From Opitutaceae bacterium (GTDB lineage Bacteria; Verrucomicrobiota; Verrucomicrobiia; Opitutales; Opitutaceae), in the NCBI GenBank assembly GCA_036261745.1, contig DATAKE010000099.1, positions 38,173 to 102,172 on the forward strand: DNA of 64,000 nucleotides, read 5' to 3'. Of this stretch, positions 1-9,860 are shown piece by piece; within the stretch, counting starts at the first letter, position 1, and the number at the start of each line of letters is the position of its first letter. A model generated the notes under the pieces. It saw nothing but the letters and a program-made list of their open reading frames with translations, searched no databases and was not told where the DNA came from. The position numbers and the translations under genes were made by a program.

Positions 1-650
1 AACATCATCAGCTCGATGTCGTTCGGGTCGCGGCCGAGCGCGGTGAAATTTTTGACGAGGTAGTCGATCTCGTCGTCGGCGAGCGCGAGGCCGAGCGACT
101 GGTTGGCCGACACGAGGGCGGCGCGGCCGGCCGAAAGGATCGGCACGCTGGTCATCGGGCGGGGTTCCTCGTGGCTGAAAAGCGTTTCGCAGGCGGCGAT
201 ATCGCCGAAGACGGCCTGGGTCATGCGGTCGTGCAGTTTCGCGCCGAGGGCCTGAAGCTGTTCCGGGCGGAGAATCGAAAAAGGGAAACGCGTGGCCGTG
301 CCGCCGACGTCGACCGTGTACGCGATGACGCGCTCGATGCGCTTGATTTTCGCCAGGCCGCAGATGTGCGCGATATCCGTCGCCTTCGAGGACCAGGGCG
401 AAATCGTGCCCGGGCGCGGCGCGACCACCTGCAGGCAGCCTTCAACGGCGGCGGCGGCGCGGCTCGGTCCGTAGGTGAGAAGTTTTTCGAGGACGGTCTG
501 CTCGGCGGCAGTCAGGTCGGCGGCGGTTTCCGCCACGTGCACGAATTCGGCGCTGATCGCACGGGCCGGAATGCCGGCGGTGACGAGGCTCTCGAGGAGT
601 TTTTGGAGGCGGAATTGAGAAAGGGCAGGTGAGCCGCGGAGGATCAGCAT
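1..650 (-). CDS. purL: phosphoribosylformylglycinamidine synthase (large single-chain PurL), N-terminal part. The 3' end is cut by the window edge.
   Basis: The minus-strand translation from the ATG at 650-648 reads [22 protein letters not shown]...IELMMF, which matches the typical PurL N-terminus ([14 protein letters not shown]). The ORF runs off the window start. Confidence 0.75.
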   Translation of the reverse strand, partial: MLILRGSPALSQFRLQKLLESLVTAGIPARAISAEFVHVAETAADLTAAEQTVLEKLLTYGPSRAAAAVEGCLQVVAPRPGTISPWSSKATDIAHICGLAKIKRIERVIAYTVDVGGTATRFPFSILRPEQLQALGAKLHDRMTQAVFGDIAACETLFSHEEPRPMTSVPILSAGRAALVSANQSLGLALADDEIDYLVKNFTALGRDPNDIELMM

Positions 651-883
651 GGAAGGGAAATCGGGATGGTCACCAAATTGGCGGAGCGGTCAACCAAGCG
701 AAGTGAACCGGCAGGGCACCGGTTTCTTATCATCGCGAGGCCGGCGCGGCCGGTCGTGGCGATCCAGCGGGAGGGATTGCCTCGTCGCCCGCTTTGCGGG
801 GTTCCCGCCATGGCAAACCCTGCGACCCAAGCCGTTATCGGATCGACCACGCTGCGCGATTCCGCCTTGCTGCGCGATCCACC

Positions 884-3532
884 ATGAAGCCGCCACCCGT
901 CCCATGGCAGGAATTCACGAGGCGCGGGTGGCGTCGCCTCGGCTGGGTCGGAGCGATGGCGGCGGCGCTTTTATCTGTCACGCCCGCTCAGTCGGCGGAC
1001 GACGACGAGGAGAAAGAAGAGGTGGAGGAGCTCCCGAAAGAAAGCGCGGAGCTGGCGCGGAAATACGCCGCCGTTGTCGGCTGGCGCGGATTTTTCCAGA
1101 CCTCGGAGACGGGAACGATTTCCTGGACCGGGTTCTACTCGGCCGGAGCGGAAACGGTGGAGTTCGCGTCGCATGGGCAGTTTACCCTTGAGCGTTCCAC
1201 GCATTGGTCCGGCGAGGATGTCCGGCGTGGAGTGCTGACGTGGGGCGGCTCCAGCAACAAAGCCATCTGTGGAGAGCAGGTGGTCAGCTACTACCGGCAG
1301 TTGTCGAATTGGTTCTTCAAGGGCACGGGAAGCGAGAGACGCATGCAGGCGAGTGGTTCGCTGCCGATGACTGCCACCGAGTTTACGATCTGGCTCCCGA
1401 GCAAGAAACGAAACTCCACGCTCGTCCATATTCATCCCGGCGGGGGCGGTTCGAATGGAAAAACGCTCAACTTCACCACGACCGGCCGCTCGGTGTGGGA
1501 TGAAAGCCGCGGCAACGGCACGGATGTGCGGCGCACGCGGTCGCTCGACGAGACCACGCAGTCCGATTCGTTCGTCCATTGGTATGGTCCGGTCGGCGAA
1601 GCCGCGGAAGCCCCGTGGCACCAGGTGATGCGGGCCGGGCCGGGGGTGCTGGTCTTTCCCTTTGAGAGCACGACGCGCGCCGACACCCAAATCTCGACTC
1701 CGCTGCTGACGCGCCGGAGCCGGGTGATTTTGTGTCCCCTCTACGACGACCTTGAGCTGGAGGTGACGATCGACGGGTACGAGACGTGGCGTCCTGAAGG
1801 ATCGATCGCGACCCCGGCGAAGCCCGGCAACAGCTTGGTCGCGCGGGCGACGGTGAAATCGAAAACCGGCGGCGTGAAAACGCTTCCGGACGTGAGGCGT
1901 TTCAAGTTCCAGCTCCTCGACACCTCGCGCGAGCCTGGCATCTGCCTGAACTGGCCGTTGAAAGCGAAGGACGAGGATTACGACCTGCGGCTGACGGCGG
2001 AGCGCGGAGGCAAGCTGAGTGACAAGGATCAAAAACTGATCGTGACCGAGAAGATGACGGACGAGAAACAGCAGCCCTACGCGGAGACGAAGATCGACAG
2101 CTACGATTTTGGCGGGCGGGCGACGCTGCTGGTTGTCTGCGAACTGGAAGACGGTCGCGAACTCATGGGCGTCGTGAAAGGTGCGAAAGGCGAGGACGGC
2201 CTCGTGCGGTTGCCGAAGATGGAGGGCCCCGACTGGATCGCGGAAGCCTGGCGCAAGGAAAAGAAGGCCGAAAAACTTCCCGCGCTCGACGACAACGAGG
2301 AAGTCAAAGAGCAGGAGCACAAGGGCGACGGCTTCACGCTCTACGAGGAATACCGCGGCTGGGTGGAGCAGGGAAAACACATCGAGGGCGATCCGGAGAA
2401 AAAAGATTTCTTTGTGCGCAACACGATTGGCGCGGACGCGAAGGGCGGAATCGCGCTGTTCGAGCGGGCTTCAAAACTCGCCGTGCACTCGCGGCTGCGA
2501 TCCTCGGAATTTTCCCGCGAGGAACGCCTGATGAACGGGAATCGTCGCGATGCGCCGCAGCGGGTGAAGCAACACGGCGTTTACCTGGAAAAAACCGAGG
2601 GCCAGGGAAGTTTCGGCGGCGGCACGTCGGGAATGGCGAAGACGGACGCGGATTATGCGTTTCGACCGGGCAAGGTCTGGCAGGTGAGGGTGGAATACCC
2701 GACGAGTCGCGACGGACTTTTTTCGAAGGGCCGCAGCGCCTCCTATAATCTCAGCGAGCGCGATGCCTCGTTCGCTTACGATCGGGGCGTCGCGCATGAG
2801 CTGCTCCATTCGGTGGGCGTCGATCACCACGGCGTGGCGGGCTACGGCTGGATGCGGTATTTCCAATCGGCGAGCGATCCCGGCAATCCCACGCACCGTG
2901 CCCGCTTCGTCGACAACCCTCCCGGGAAAGACGACAACGATCTCACCTACGGTCCCTATGCCAGGACGATGACCCCGGAAACCCTGGCCAAGGATCTGAT
3001 GCGTGCCCCGTCGGGAACCCTCTTGTGGGAGGACACGGGGCAGGACATCGCCGAGTCGATGGCGGCGGCGTTCGAGCGGGCGCTCGCCGCCCAAAGAGCC
3101 GCGCGGGCGGCGAATCCCCCGAGCGTCGATGCGGGCGAAAGAGCCACGCGTTTCCCGTACTATGGGAAGGACGCGCATTTTTGGAGGGAGTCCGAGATCT
3201 TCGATTCGACGGTGCACTATGGCCCGCAGTTTCAGCTTTATCTCACCGTCGAGGAACCGGGCGGCTCCTGCTCGGGCGACGAACTGTGTTTGATGCGGTA
3301 CTATTTCGCCAATGCCTACCCGGCCAAGGGACTCAAGGACACGTACTACGTGGTTCGTCCCGGCCCCGGAGCGAACCGGGCCGGTCGCGAACTCTGCAAG
3401 GATCCGGCCGGCACATTTCACAACGCTGCGAGCAACAGTCCCCGTCCGCGCTTCGGGGATGCTGCCGACAAGCGCGGCAACTGTTTCAAATATATTTGTC
3501 CGAACGACGCCATCGCCCCCCGCAAACTATGA
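884..3532 (+). CDS. large secreted protein with an HEXXHXXGXXH metzincin-type zinc-binding motif and a Cys-rich C-terminus. Putative metalloprotease, paralog A.
   Basis: This is the ORF 794..3532. The likely start is the ATG at 884, followed by a signal-like segment (RRGWRRLGWVGAMAAALLSVTPAQSA). The motif VAHELLHSVGVDHHG equals HEXXHXXGXXH, followed by a possible Met-turn (GWMRY). The C-terminal ~600 aa are about 90% identical to ORF 5091..7631. Confidence 0.65.
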   Translation: MKPPPVPWQEFTRRGWRRLGWVGAMAAALLSVTPAQSADDDEEKEEVEELPKESAELARKYAAVVGWRGFFQTSETGTISWTGFYSAGAETVEFASHGQFTLERSTHWSGEDVRRGVLTWGGSSNKAICGEQVVSYYRQLSNWFFKGTGSERRMQASGSLPMTATEFTIWLPSKKRNSTLVHIHPGGGGSNGKTLNFTTTGRSVWDESRGNGTDVRRTRSLDETTQSDSFVHWYGPVGEAAEAPWHQVMRAGPGVLVFPFESTTRADTQISTPLLTRRSRVILCPLYDDLELEVTIDGYETWRPEGSIATPAKPGNSLVARATVKSKTGGVKTLPDVRRFKFQLLDTSREPGICLNWPLKAKDEDYDLRLTAERGGKLSDKDQKLIVTEKMTDEKQQPYAETKIDSYDFGGRATLLVVCELEDGRELMGVVKGAKGEDGLVRLPKMEGPDWIAEAWRKEKKAEKLPALDDNEEVKEQEHKGDGFTLYEEYRGWVEQGKHIEGDPEKKDFFVRNTIGADAKGGIALFERASKLAVHSRLRSSEFSREERLMNGNRRDAPQRVKQHGVYLEKTEGQGSFGGGTSGMAKTDADYAFRPGKVWQVRVEYPTSRDGLFSKGRSASYNLSERDASFAYDRGVAHELLHSVGVDHHGVAGYGWMRYFQSASDPGNPTHRARFVDNPPGKDDNDLTYGPYARTMTPETLAKDLMRAPSGTLLWEDTGQDIAESMAAAFERALAAQRAARAANPPSVDAGERATRFPYYGKDAHFWRESEIFDSTVHYGPQFQLYLTVEEPGGSCSGDELCLMRYYFANAYPAKGLKDTYYVVRPGPGANRAGRELCKDPAGTFHNAASNSPRPRFGDAADKRGNCFKYICPNDAIAPRKL

Positions 3533-5094
3533 TCCGTCCTTTTTCCCGCCGTGTTCTTCAAGGTTTCGGAATGGTCGCGGCGCTCGCTTGCGGCCCGGTC
3601 CACGCCGCGGGGGCGGAGGCAACGGCTGCGCCGCCGGAGCTCAGCCTGTCCCTCCGCGGCGTGTCGGGACAGGCCATTGAAGCGGGTGAACCACTGCGTG
3701 TCGCAGTGCGAGTCGACCCGCCAGAGGGCTCGGCGAAAATCGTGCTCGCGCCCGCCAAGGGCTCCTGGATCGACGCCACGACCGTCGAAATTCTTTCCGC
3801 TGACGGAAGCCGCGTCGTTGCCACGGGCAAGCCGGCCGTGACCGCCGCCGAAGCTTCGGTCGTGCTCGATCAGGAGCAGGCGGCGCACGGGTTGTGGTGG
3901 TTTGACGGTGAAAGCATGGCTCCGCTGGCCGCCGGCGAATATTCGGTGCGGGCCCGGCTCGCGATCCGCGACGGCACGGGCTGGAAAGGCGAGAGCGTCT
4001 CGGAGCCGGCGGCGTTTACCGTCGTCGCCGCCTCAAACGATCCGGAGCGCGTCACCCAGCGCGTTCTCGCCCGCGCCCACGCCGCGGTGCTGCAAGACGC
4101 GCCGGCCAAGGCGGCCGGGATCCTCGATGAGGTTCTCAAGCGGGATCCGGATAACATTCCGGTTCTGGAACTGCGCGCGGCACTCTGCCTCAGCGGCGGG
4201 AACCCCGCGTCCGCTTACGTGTGCATCAATCGCGTCCGCACGCTCACCGCGCAACGGGGCGGACATCCTTCGGGGCAGCTGCATGAATTCGCCTCGCGCA
4301 TCGAGGCGGCCCTGGCCGGAAACGAATCCGCCCCGGCGCCGGAAGTTTGGAGCTCGGCGCCACTCAGCGTTTTTACCGCGATCCGCCCGCCCGCCGCGGA
4401 AACCGCCAAGGGTGCAGAGGGCGCTTCGGCGGTTGCGCCGGAACACAGAATCGCTGCGACGGCCCCCGCGAGAGTGGCCGTCCCGTCCGAGCAAAAACAG
4501 GCATCGGCCACTGCATCTCCTCCGTCGCCAACGCCCGTTGCAGTGACCGCAGCGAGTAACGTTTCCCCCGTTGCGCCCGCTGCCAACCCGGGTCCGGGTG
4601 TCGTCGTTCCCGCGGCGGAATTGTCGGACGAAAAAATTATCGCCGACCGGTACGGGCAGTGGGCCTCTGGCGCGACCGCGGGTTCGCAATATGGCCGGAC
4701 GCAATACTCCGCGACGCAGGCGACGGGGGCCCCGAATATTTCGGTGGCGGGCAACAGTCCGCAGGCGTGGTGTCCCGCGGTGAAAGACAAAGGCATGGAC
4801 TGGCTGGAAGTGACCTTTGCGGAACCGGTTCAAGCGACCGAGCTGCGCGTCCGGCAAAACGACGCCAGCGGAGCGATCGTGAAAATCGAGGCGATCGAAG
4901 CCAGCGGCACGGTGCATGTCTGGTGGGAAGGCGTGGATCCGCACAAGCCGGCGGGGGCGCGTGAAATTGTCTGGTTCGCCGTGCGCGTGCCCAAAACGGA
5001 TTACGATGTGGCGCGCGTGAAGCTCACGCTGAACCTCGCGTCCGGTCCCGGCTACAAGGAGATCGACGCGGTGCAACTGGTCGCGGCGCCATGA
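3529..5094 (+). CDS. secreted protein with an Ala/Pro-rich linker and a C-terminal discoidin/galactose-binding-like domain
   Basis: The ATG at 3529 overlaps the upstream TGA (ATGA). It is followed by a signal peptide (MIRPFSRRVLQGFGMVAALACGPVHAAGA). There is a low-complexity A/P/S linker. The C-terminal ~150 aa look like an F5/8-type-C-like beta-sandwich, but that assignment is uncertain. Confidence 0.55.
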   Translation: MIRPFSRRVLQGFGMVAALACGPVHAAGAEATAAPPELSLSLRGVSGQAIEAGEPLRVAVRVDPPEGSAKIVLAPAKGSWIDATTVEILSADGSRVVATGKPAVTAAEASVVLDQEQAAHGLWWFDGESMAPLAAGEYSVRARLAIRDGTGWKGESVSEPAAFTVVAASNDPERVTQRVLARAHAAVLQDAPAKAAGILDEVLKRDPDNIPVLELRAALCLSGGNPASAYVCINRVRTLTAQRGGHPSGQLHEFASRIEAALAGNESAPAPEVWSSAPLSVFTAIRPPAAETAKGAEGASAVAPEHRIAATAPARVAVPSEQKQASATASPPSPTPVAVTAASNVSPVAPAANPGPGVVVPAAELSDEKIIADRYGQWASGATAGSQYGRTQYSATQATGAPNISVAGNSPQAWCPAVKDKGMDWLEVTFAEPVQATELRVRQNDASGAIVKIEAIEASGTVHVWWEGVDPHKPAGAREIVWFAVRVPKTDYDVARVKLTLNLASGPGYKEIDAVQLVAAP

Positions 5095-7631
5095 GCCGGG
5101 CTTTTTTCGCCCGACAGCTTTTCGCCTGTCCCGTCGCCCGCGCCTTTGCGCTCGGCAGCGCGCTGCTGTTTCCCGTTTTCAGTGTCGCGGCGGAAAACGC
5201 CGAGGCTTGGCGCGCGGTCACCCGCGTCCGCGGCGAGGTGAAAATTGAGTATCACAGCTGGGTCGACGAGCAGAGTTCGGACGGCGTCCGGACGACGGCG
5301 GATACGCGCGAGACCGCCCAGGTGCGGTTTCTCCTCGAGTTGGATCGCGTCCCGCCAATGGCGCTGCCTCCGGGTTTGACGCCGGAGATGGCCGCGGCGA
5401 TGCGGGCGCTGATGCCAGCGCCGGAGCCGAATACGCACCTCTCGTGGCGCGGGGAATCCGCGACGATCACGGGTTCCTTTCGCCATCAGTCCGCGACGAC
5501 GAATTACGGCAGCGTTACGGGTGAGGCCGACTTCACGGGTGAGCCGGCGTATCTGAAGGATTTCTTATTCGAACTCACGCCGGCCACCGGGGTGTGGCAG
5601 ATCCTTTCGCCGGGCATTCTCCGCGAACGCTACCAGATTACCTACGTGTCCACGGGTCCCGACGGGCATACCAGTTACGGCACGCACAACGGCGCGCAGG
5701 ATCATCTTTTCAACGGCAAGGTAACGGGCCGGCCGGCGGCGATCAGCGTCGGTGCCCGTTCCGAGGGACAGATCGATAACAAACCCACGCGAGGTTTCAC
5801 CAAGGTTGCGCAGCTCCGGCTCTGGCCCGAGATGGCGGACGTCGAAGTCGAGATCACCCTCGACGGCTACGACAAGTGGCGGCCGGAAGGATCGATCGGT
5901 AAACCCACCGCGCCCGCCAATCACATCATCGCGCGCGCCACGGTGGTGCCGAAGGGTGCCGCGCGGTTGGAAAATTTGCCGGCGGTGAAAAAAATGCGCT
6001 TCGAGCTGGGCAACACCTCCAACGAGCCGGGCGTGTGCCTGAACTGGCCGCTCAACGCGAAAGACGAAGACTACGATCTTCGGCTGGCGGAGAGGCCGCT
6101 TTTTCCGGGGCAGTTGTCGGACAAGGATCAGGCCAGCGAGGTCACCGGGATGTTGACCGACGAGAAAGGGCGCCCGTACGCCGAGTCGCAGATCGACAGC
6201 TACGATTTCGGCGGCCGCACCTCGCTGCGCGTGATTTGCTCGCTCGCCGATGGCCGCGAGATTGTGGGAGTGATGAAGGACGGAGGTGCCGGGCAGGATT
6301 CGGTGCGGCTGCCGAAGATGAATGCGGGCGACTGGATCGCGGACGCCTGGCGGAAGGAGAAAAACGTCGGGAAGCTTCCGGCGTTGCACGACGAGGAAAA
6401 GGTTGAGGATCAGGAGCACAACGGCGACGGCTTTACGCTCTACGAGGAATACCGCGGCTGGGTGGAGCAGGGAAAACACATCGAAGGCGATCCGGAGAAA
6501 AAGGATTTCTTCGTGCGCAATACGATCGGCGCCGATGCGAAGGGCGGGATCGCGTTGTTCGAGCGGGTTTCAAAACTGAAAGTCCACTCGCGGTTGCGGG
6601 CATCCGAACTCTCGCGCGAAAAACGTCTCATGAATGGAAATCGTCGCGACGCACCACAGCGCGTGAAGCAGCACGGCGTTTTTCTGGAAAAAACCCAGGG
6701 TCAGGGAAGCTTCGGCGGCGGCACGGCGGGAATGTCGAAAAAGGACGCGGATTACGCGTTTCGACCGGGCAAGGTCTGGCAGGTAAGGGTGGAATACCCG
6801 ACGAGCCGCGACGGACTTTTTTCGAAGACCCGCAGCGCCTCCTATAATCTGAGTGAGGGCGAAGCAGCCGTGGCCTACGACCGGGGCGTCGCGCATGAGC
6901 TGCTCCATTCGGTGGGCTGCGATCACCATGGTTGGGCGGGTTGGGGGTGGACGCGCTATTTTCAATCCGCGAGCGATCCCGGCAATCCGACGAGGCGCGC
7001 CCGCTTCGTCGACGGCTCGCCGGGCCGAGACGATAGCGATCTGACGTATGGGCCTTACAGCCGGACGATGACCCCGGAAACCCTGGCGAAAGATTTGATG
7101 CGCGAGCCTTCCGGAACGCTGTTGTGGGAAGACACCGGTCAGGACATCGCGGAATCGATGGCGGCTGCCTTCGAACGCGCGCTCGCCGAGCGCAGAGCGC
7201 AGAACGCCGCGAATCCTCCCAGCGTCGATCCGGGCACGCGAGCGACCCGTTTCGCGTACTACGGGAAAGACGCGCATTTTTGGCGGGAGTCGGACCTGTT
7301 CGATTCGACCGTGAAGTACAATCCGCAATTCCAACTCTACCTGACCCGCGAGGAACCGGGCGGGTCGTGCTCCGGGGACGAGCTCTGCTTGATGCGGTAT
7401 TATTTCGCCAACACCTACCCGGCCAAAGGACGCAAGGACACGTACTACGTCGTCCGTCCAGGCGCGGGAGCAAATCGCGCCGGTCTTGAGGTCTGCAAAA
7501 GTCCCACCGGCACGATTCACAATGCCGATTCGCATACCCCGCAGTCGCGTTTCGGCGACGCGGCGCCGCAGCGCGGGAACTGCTTCAAGTATATCTGCCC
7601 GAACGACGCGATTGCCCCGCGCAAACTCTGA
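5091..7631 (+). CDS. large secreted HEXXHXXGXXH (metzincin-motif) protein, paralog B
   Basis: The ATG at 5091 overlaps the upstream stop (ATGA). It has a signal peptide (MSRAFFARQLFACPVARAFALGSALLFPVFSVAA). The motif VAHELLHSVGCDHHG is present. The C-terminal 600 aa are near-identical to paralog A, with long stretches of roughly 90% nt identity. Confidence 0.7.
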   Translation: MSRAFFARQLFACPVARAFALGSALLFPVFSVAAENAEAWRAVTRVRGEVKIEYHSWVDEQSSDGVRTTADTRETAQVRFLLELDRVPPMALPPGLTPEMAAAMRALMPAPEPNTHLSWRGESATITGSFRHQSATTNYGSVTGEADFTGEPAYLKDFLFELTPATGVWQILSPGILRERYQITYVSTGPDGHTSYGTHNGAQDHLFNGKVTGRPAAISVGARSEGQIDNKPTRGFTKVAQLRLWPEMADVEVEITLDGYDKWRPEGSIGKPTAPANHIIARATVVPKGAARLENLPAVKKMRFELGNTSNEPGVCLNWPLNAKDEDYDLRLAERPLFPGQLSDKDQASEVTGMLTDEKGRPYAESQIDSYDFGGRTSLRVICSLADGREIVGVMKDGGAGQDSVRLPKMNAGDWIADAWRKEKNVGKLPALHDEEKVEDQEHNGDGFTLYEEYRGWVEQGKHIEGDPEKKDFFVRNTIGADAKGGIALFERVSKLKVHSRLRASELSREKRLMNGNRRDAPQRVKQHGVFLEKTQGQGSFGGGTAGMSKKDADYAFRPGKVWQVRVEYPTSRDGLFSKTRSASYNLSEGEAAVAYDRGVAHELLHSVGCDHHGWAGWGWTRYFQSASDPGNPTRRARFVDGSPGRDDSDLTYGPYSRTMTPETLAKDLMREPSGTLLWEDTGQDIAESMAAAFERALAERRAQNAANPPSVDPGTRATRFAYYGKDAHFWRESDLFDSTVKYNPQFQLYLTREEPGGSCSGDELCLMRYYFANTYPAKGRKDTYYVVRPGAGANRAGLEVCKSPTGTIHNADSHTPQSRFGDAAPQRGNCFKYICPNDAIAPRKL

Positions 7632-7893
7632 CCCCCATAACGTAGCAGCCGAGGTAACGAGGCGGGAGGCGGATCATCTTGAACCAGCCTCGTCACCCCG
7701 GCTGCTCCTCCGCGAATTTCCACGAAAGAAATCGGAGACGACGGGGAAGGGTGGGAATTCCAGAAAGCCGTTGACCATTGGCACCCGGTCTTCGGAATGA
7801 GCGGTCTTTATCGCCTGTGACGATCAACGCCACTCCAACGCCCACCCGGAACCATTTCCCGCTCTGCGGAACCCGGATGGCCCGCACCCGCTG

Positions 7894-9846
7894 ATGAACG
7901 AGACCGAGCCGCGCCCCGAAAACGAATATGAAGAGCGGCGGGACGCCCTGCTCACCCACGAATGCGGCATCGCCCTCGTGCGCCTGCTGAAGCCGCTGTC
8001 CTACTACCAAGAAAAATACGGCACGCCGCTCTGGGGCTTCACCAAGCTTTTCCTCCTGATGGAGAAGCAGCACAACCGCGGCCAGGACGGCGCCGGCGTC
8101 GCCTGTGTGAAACTCGATGTGCCGGCCGGCGATCCGTTCATGTTCCGCGAGCGGAACGTGAAATCGAACCCGCTCGACAAGATCTTCAAGACGCTCCTTT
8201 CCCAGTACAACGAGAAGGTCGACTCCGGGATCATCCACCCGGAATTCGCCGACACGGTGAAGAAGCATTTCGATTTCGGCGGCGAGCTGCTCCTCGGCCA
8301 CCTGCGCTACGGGACCAGCGGCGGCTACAACCTGAGCTCCTGCCACCCGTTTTTCCGGCGCAGCCCGTGGCCGACGCGCAATCTCGCGCTCTGCGGAAAT
8401 TTCAACCTCACCAACACCACCGAGCTGAACGAGTCGCTGACGGCAATGGGCCAGCATCCGATCTACGCGACGGACACGCAGGCCATCCTCGAGAAAATCG
8501 GCTTCTTCCTCGATGAGGAACACGAGGACATCTACCGCTTCCTCCGCAAGCGCGACCTGGCCGGCGAGGCGCTCTCCCGCAGCATCAGCGAGGACCTCGA
8601 TGTCACCCGCGTGATCACCCGCGCCTCCCAGAAATGGGACGGCGGTTACACGCTCTGCGGCATGATCGGCAACGGCGACGCTTTCGTCGCCCGCGATCCC
8701 TCGGGCATCCGTCCCTGCTTCTGGTTCCAGAACGACGAGGTCGTGGCCTTCGCCTCGGAGCGCGCGCCGTTGATGACGGTGTTCGATCTCGCGGTGGAAG
8801 ACGTCCAGGAAGTGAAGCCCGGCCACGCGGTCGTGATCAAACGCCGCGGCACGATCACGCAGAACCAGTTCACCGCCCCGCTGCCGCGCACCTCGTGCTC
8901 GTTCGAGCGGATTTATTTTTCGCGGGGCAACGACGTCGACATCTACCGCGAACGCCAGGCGCTCGGCGGCGGGCTCGCGGACCAGGTGATCAAGTCCATC
9001 GGCCACGACTGGGCGAACACGGTTTTCAGTTTCATCCCGAACACCGCCGAGGTGGCCTACTACGGTTTGATGTCAGCGCTCCGCACCCGCCGGCGCGATG
9101 AGGTGAAGGCGGCAATTCTCAAAGCCAGCGCGGCGGGGAAACTTGACGAGGCCCTGCTCGACGACCTCATCCTGCGCAACTGGCCGCGCGGCGAGAAGGT
9201 GGTGAGCAAGGACATCAAGATCCGCACCTTCATCGGACAGGAATCGATGCGGAACCAGCTCGCGAGCCACGTCTACGACATCACCTACGGCTCGGTGAAG
9301 CCCGGCGACAACCTCGTGTGCGTCGACGACTCGATCGTCCGCGGCACCACGCTGCGCAAATCGATCCTGCGCATCCTCGCACGGCTGAACCCGAGGAAGA
9401 TCGTGATCGTTTCGACGGCGCCGCAGATCCGCTATCCGGATTGCTACGGCATCGACATGTCGGAGCTCGGAAAATTCATCGCGTTCGACGCGGCCGTCGA
9501 ACTGCTCCGCGAGCGCGGGCAGGGCGAGGTGTTGAAGGAAGTTTACCAGCTCTGCCGCGCCGAGATCGCGAAAGGCGGCCCGGTGAACCACGTGCGGAAA
9601 ATCTACGAGTCGTTCACGCCCGAGGAAATTTCCGCGAAGATCGTCGAGCGCGTGCGCCCGAAGGGCATCGAGTGGAAGGGCGAGATCGAAATCATCTTCC
9701 AGACGATCGAGAACCTCCACGCCGCCGTGCCCCAGCACACGGGCGACTGGTACTTCACCGGAAAATATCCGACGCCCGGCGGCTACCGGGTCGTGAACCA
9801 GGCGTACGTGAATTATTTCGAGAAGAGCGAAGGCCGGAGCTACTGA
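7894..9846 (+). CDS. purF: amidophosphoribosyltransferase, long (~650 aa) form
   Basis: The N-terminal nucleophile context reads THECGIALV. It looks like a class-II glutamine amidotransferase plus a PRTase. The context is purine genes (purL, purM-like). Confidence 0.75.
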   Translation: MNETEPRPENEYEERRDALLTHECGIALVRLLKPLSYYQEKYGTPLWGFTKLFLLMEKQHNRGQDGAGVACVKLDVPAGDPFMFRERNVKSNPLDKIFKTLLSQYNEKVDSGIIHPEFADTVKKHFDFGGELLLGHLRYGTSGGYNLSSCHPFFRRSPWPTRNLALCGNFNLTNTTELNESLTAMGQHPIYATDTQAILEKIGFFLDEEHEDIYRFLRKRDLAGEALSRSISEDLDVTRVITRASQKWDGGYTLCGMIGNGDAFVARDPSGIRPCFWFQNDEVVAFASERAPLMTVFDLAVEDVQEVKPGHAVVIKRRGTITQNQFTAPLPRTSCSFERIYFSRGNDVDIYRERQALGGGLADQVIKSIGHDWANTVFSFIPNTAEVAYYGLMSALRTRRRDEVKAAILKASAAGKLDEALLDDLILRNWPRGEKVVSKDIKIRTFIGQESMRNQLASHVYDITYGSVKPGDNLVCVDDSIVRGTTLRKSILRILARLNPRKIVIVSTAPQIRYPDCYGIDMSELGKFIAFDAAVELLRERGQGEVLKEVYQLCRAEIAKGGPVNHVRKIYESFTPEEISAKIVERVRPKGIEWKGEIEIIFQTIENLHAAVPQHTGDWYFTGKYPTPGGYRVVNQAYVNYFEKSEGRSY

Positions 9847-9860
9847 CGGCGGAAATTTTC

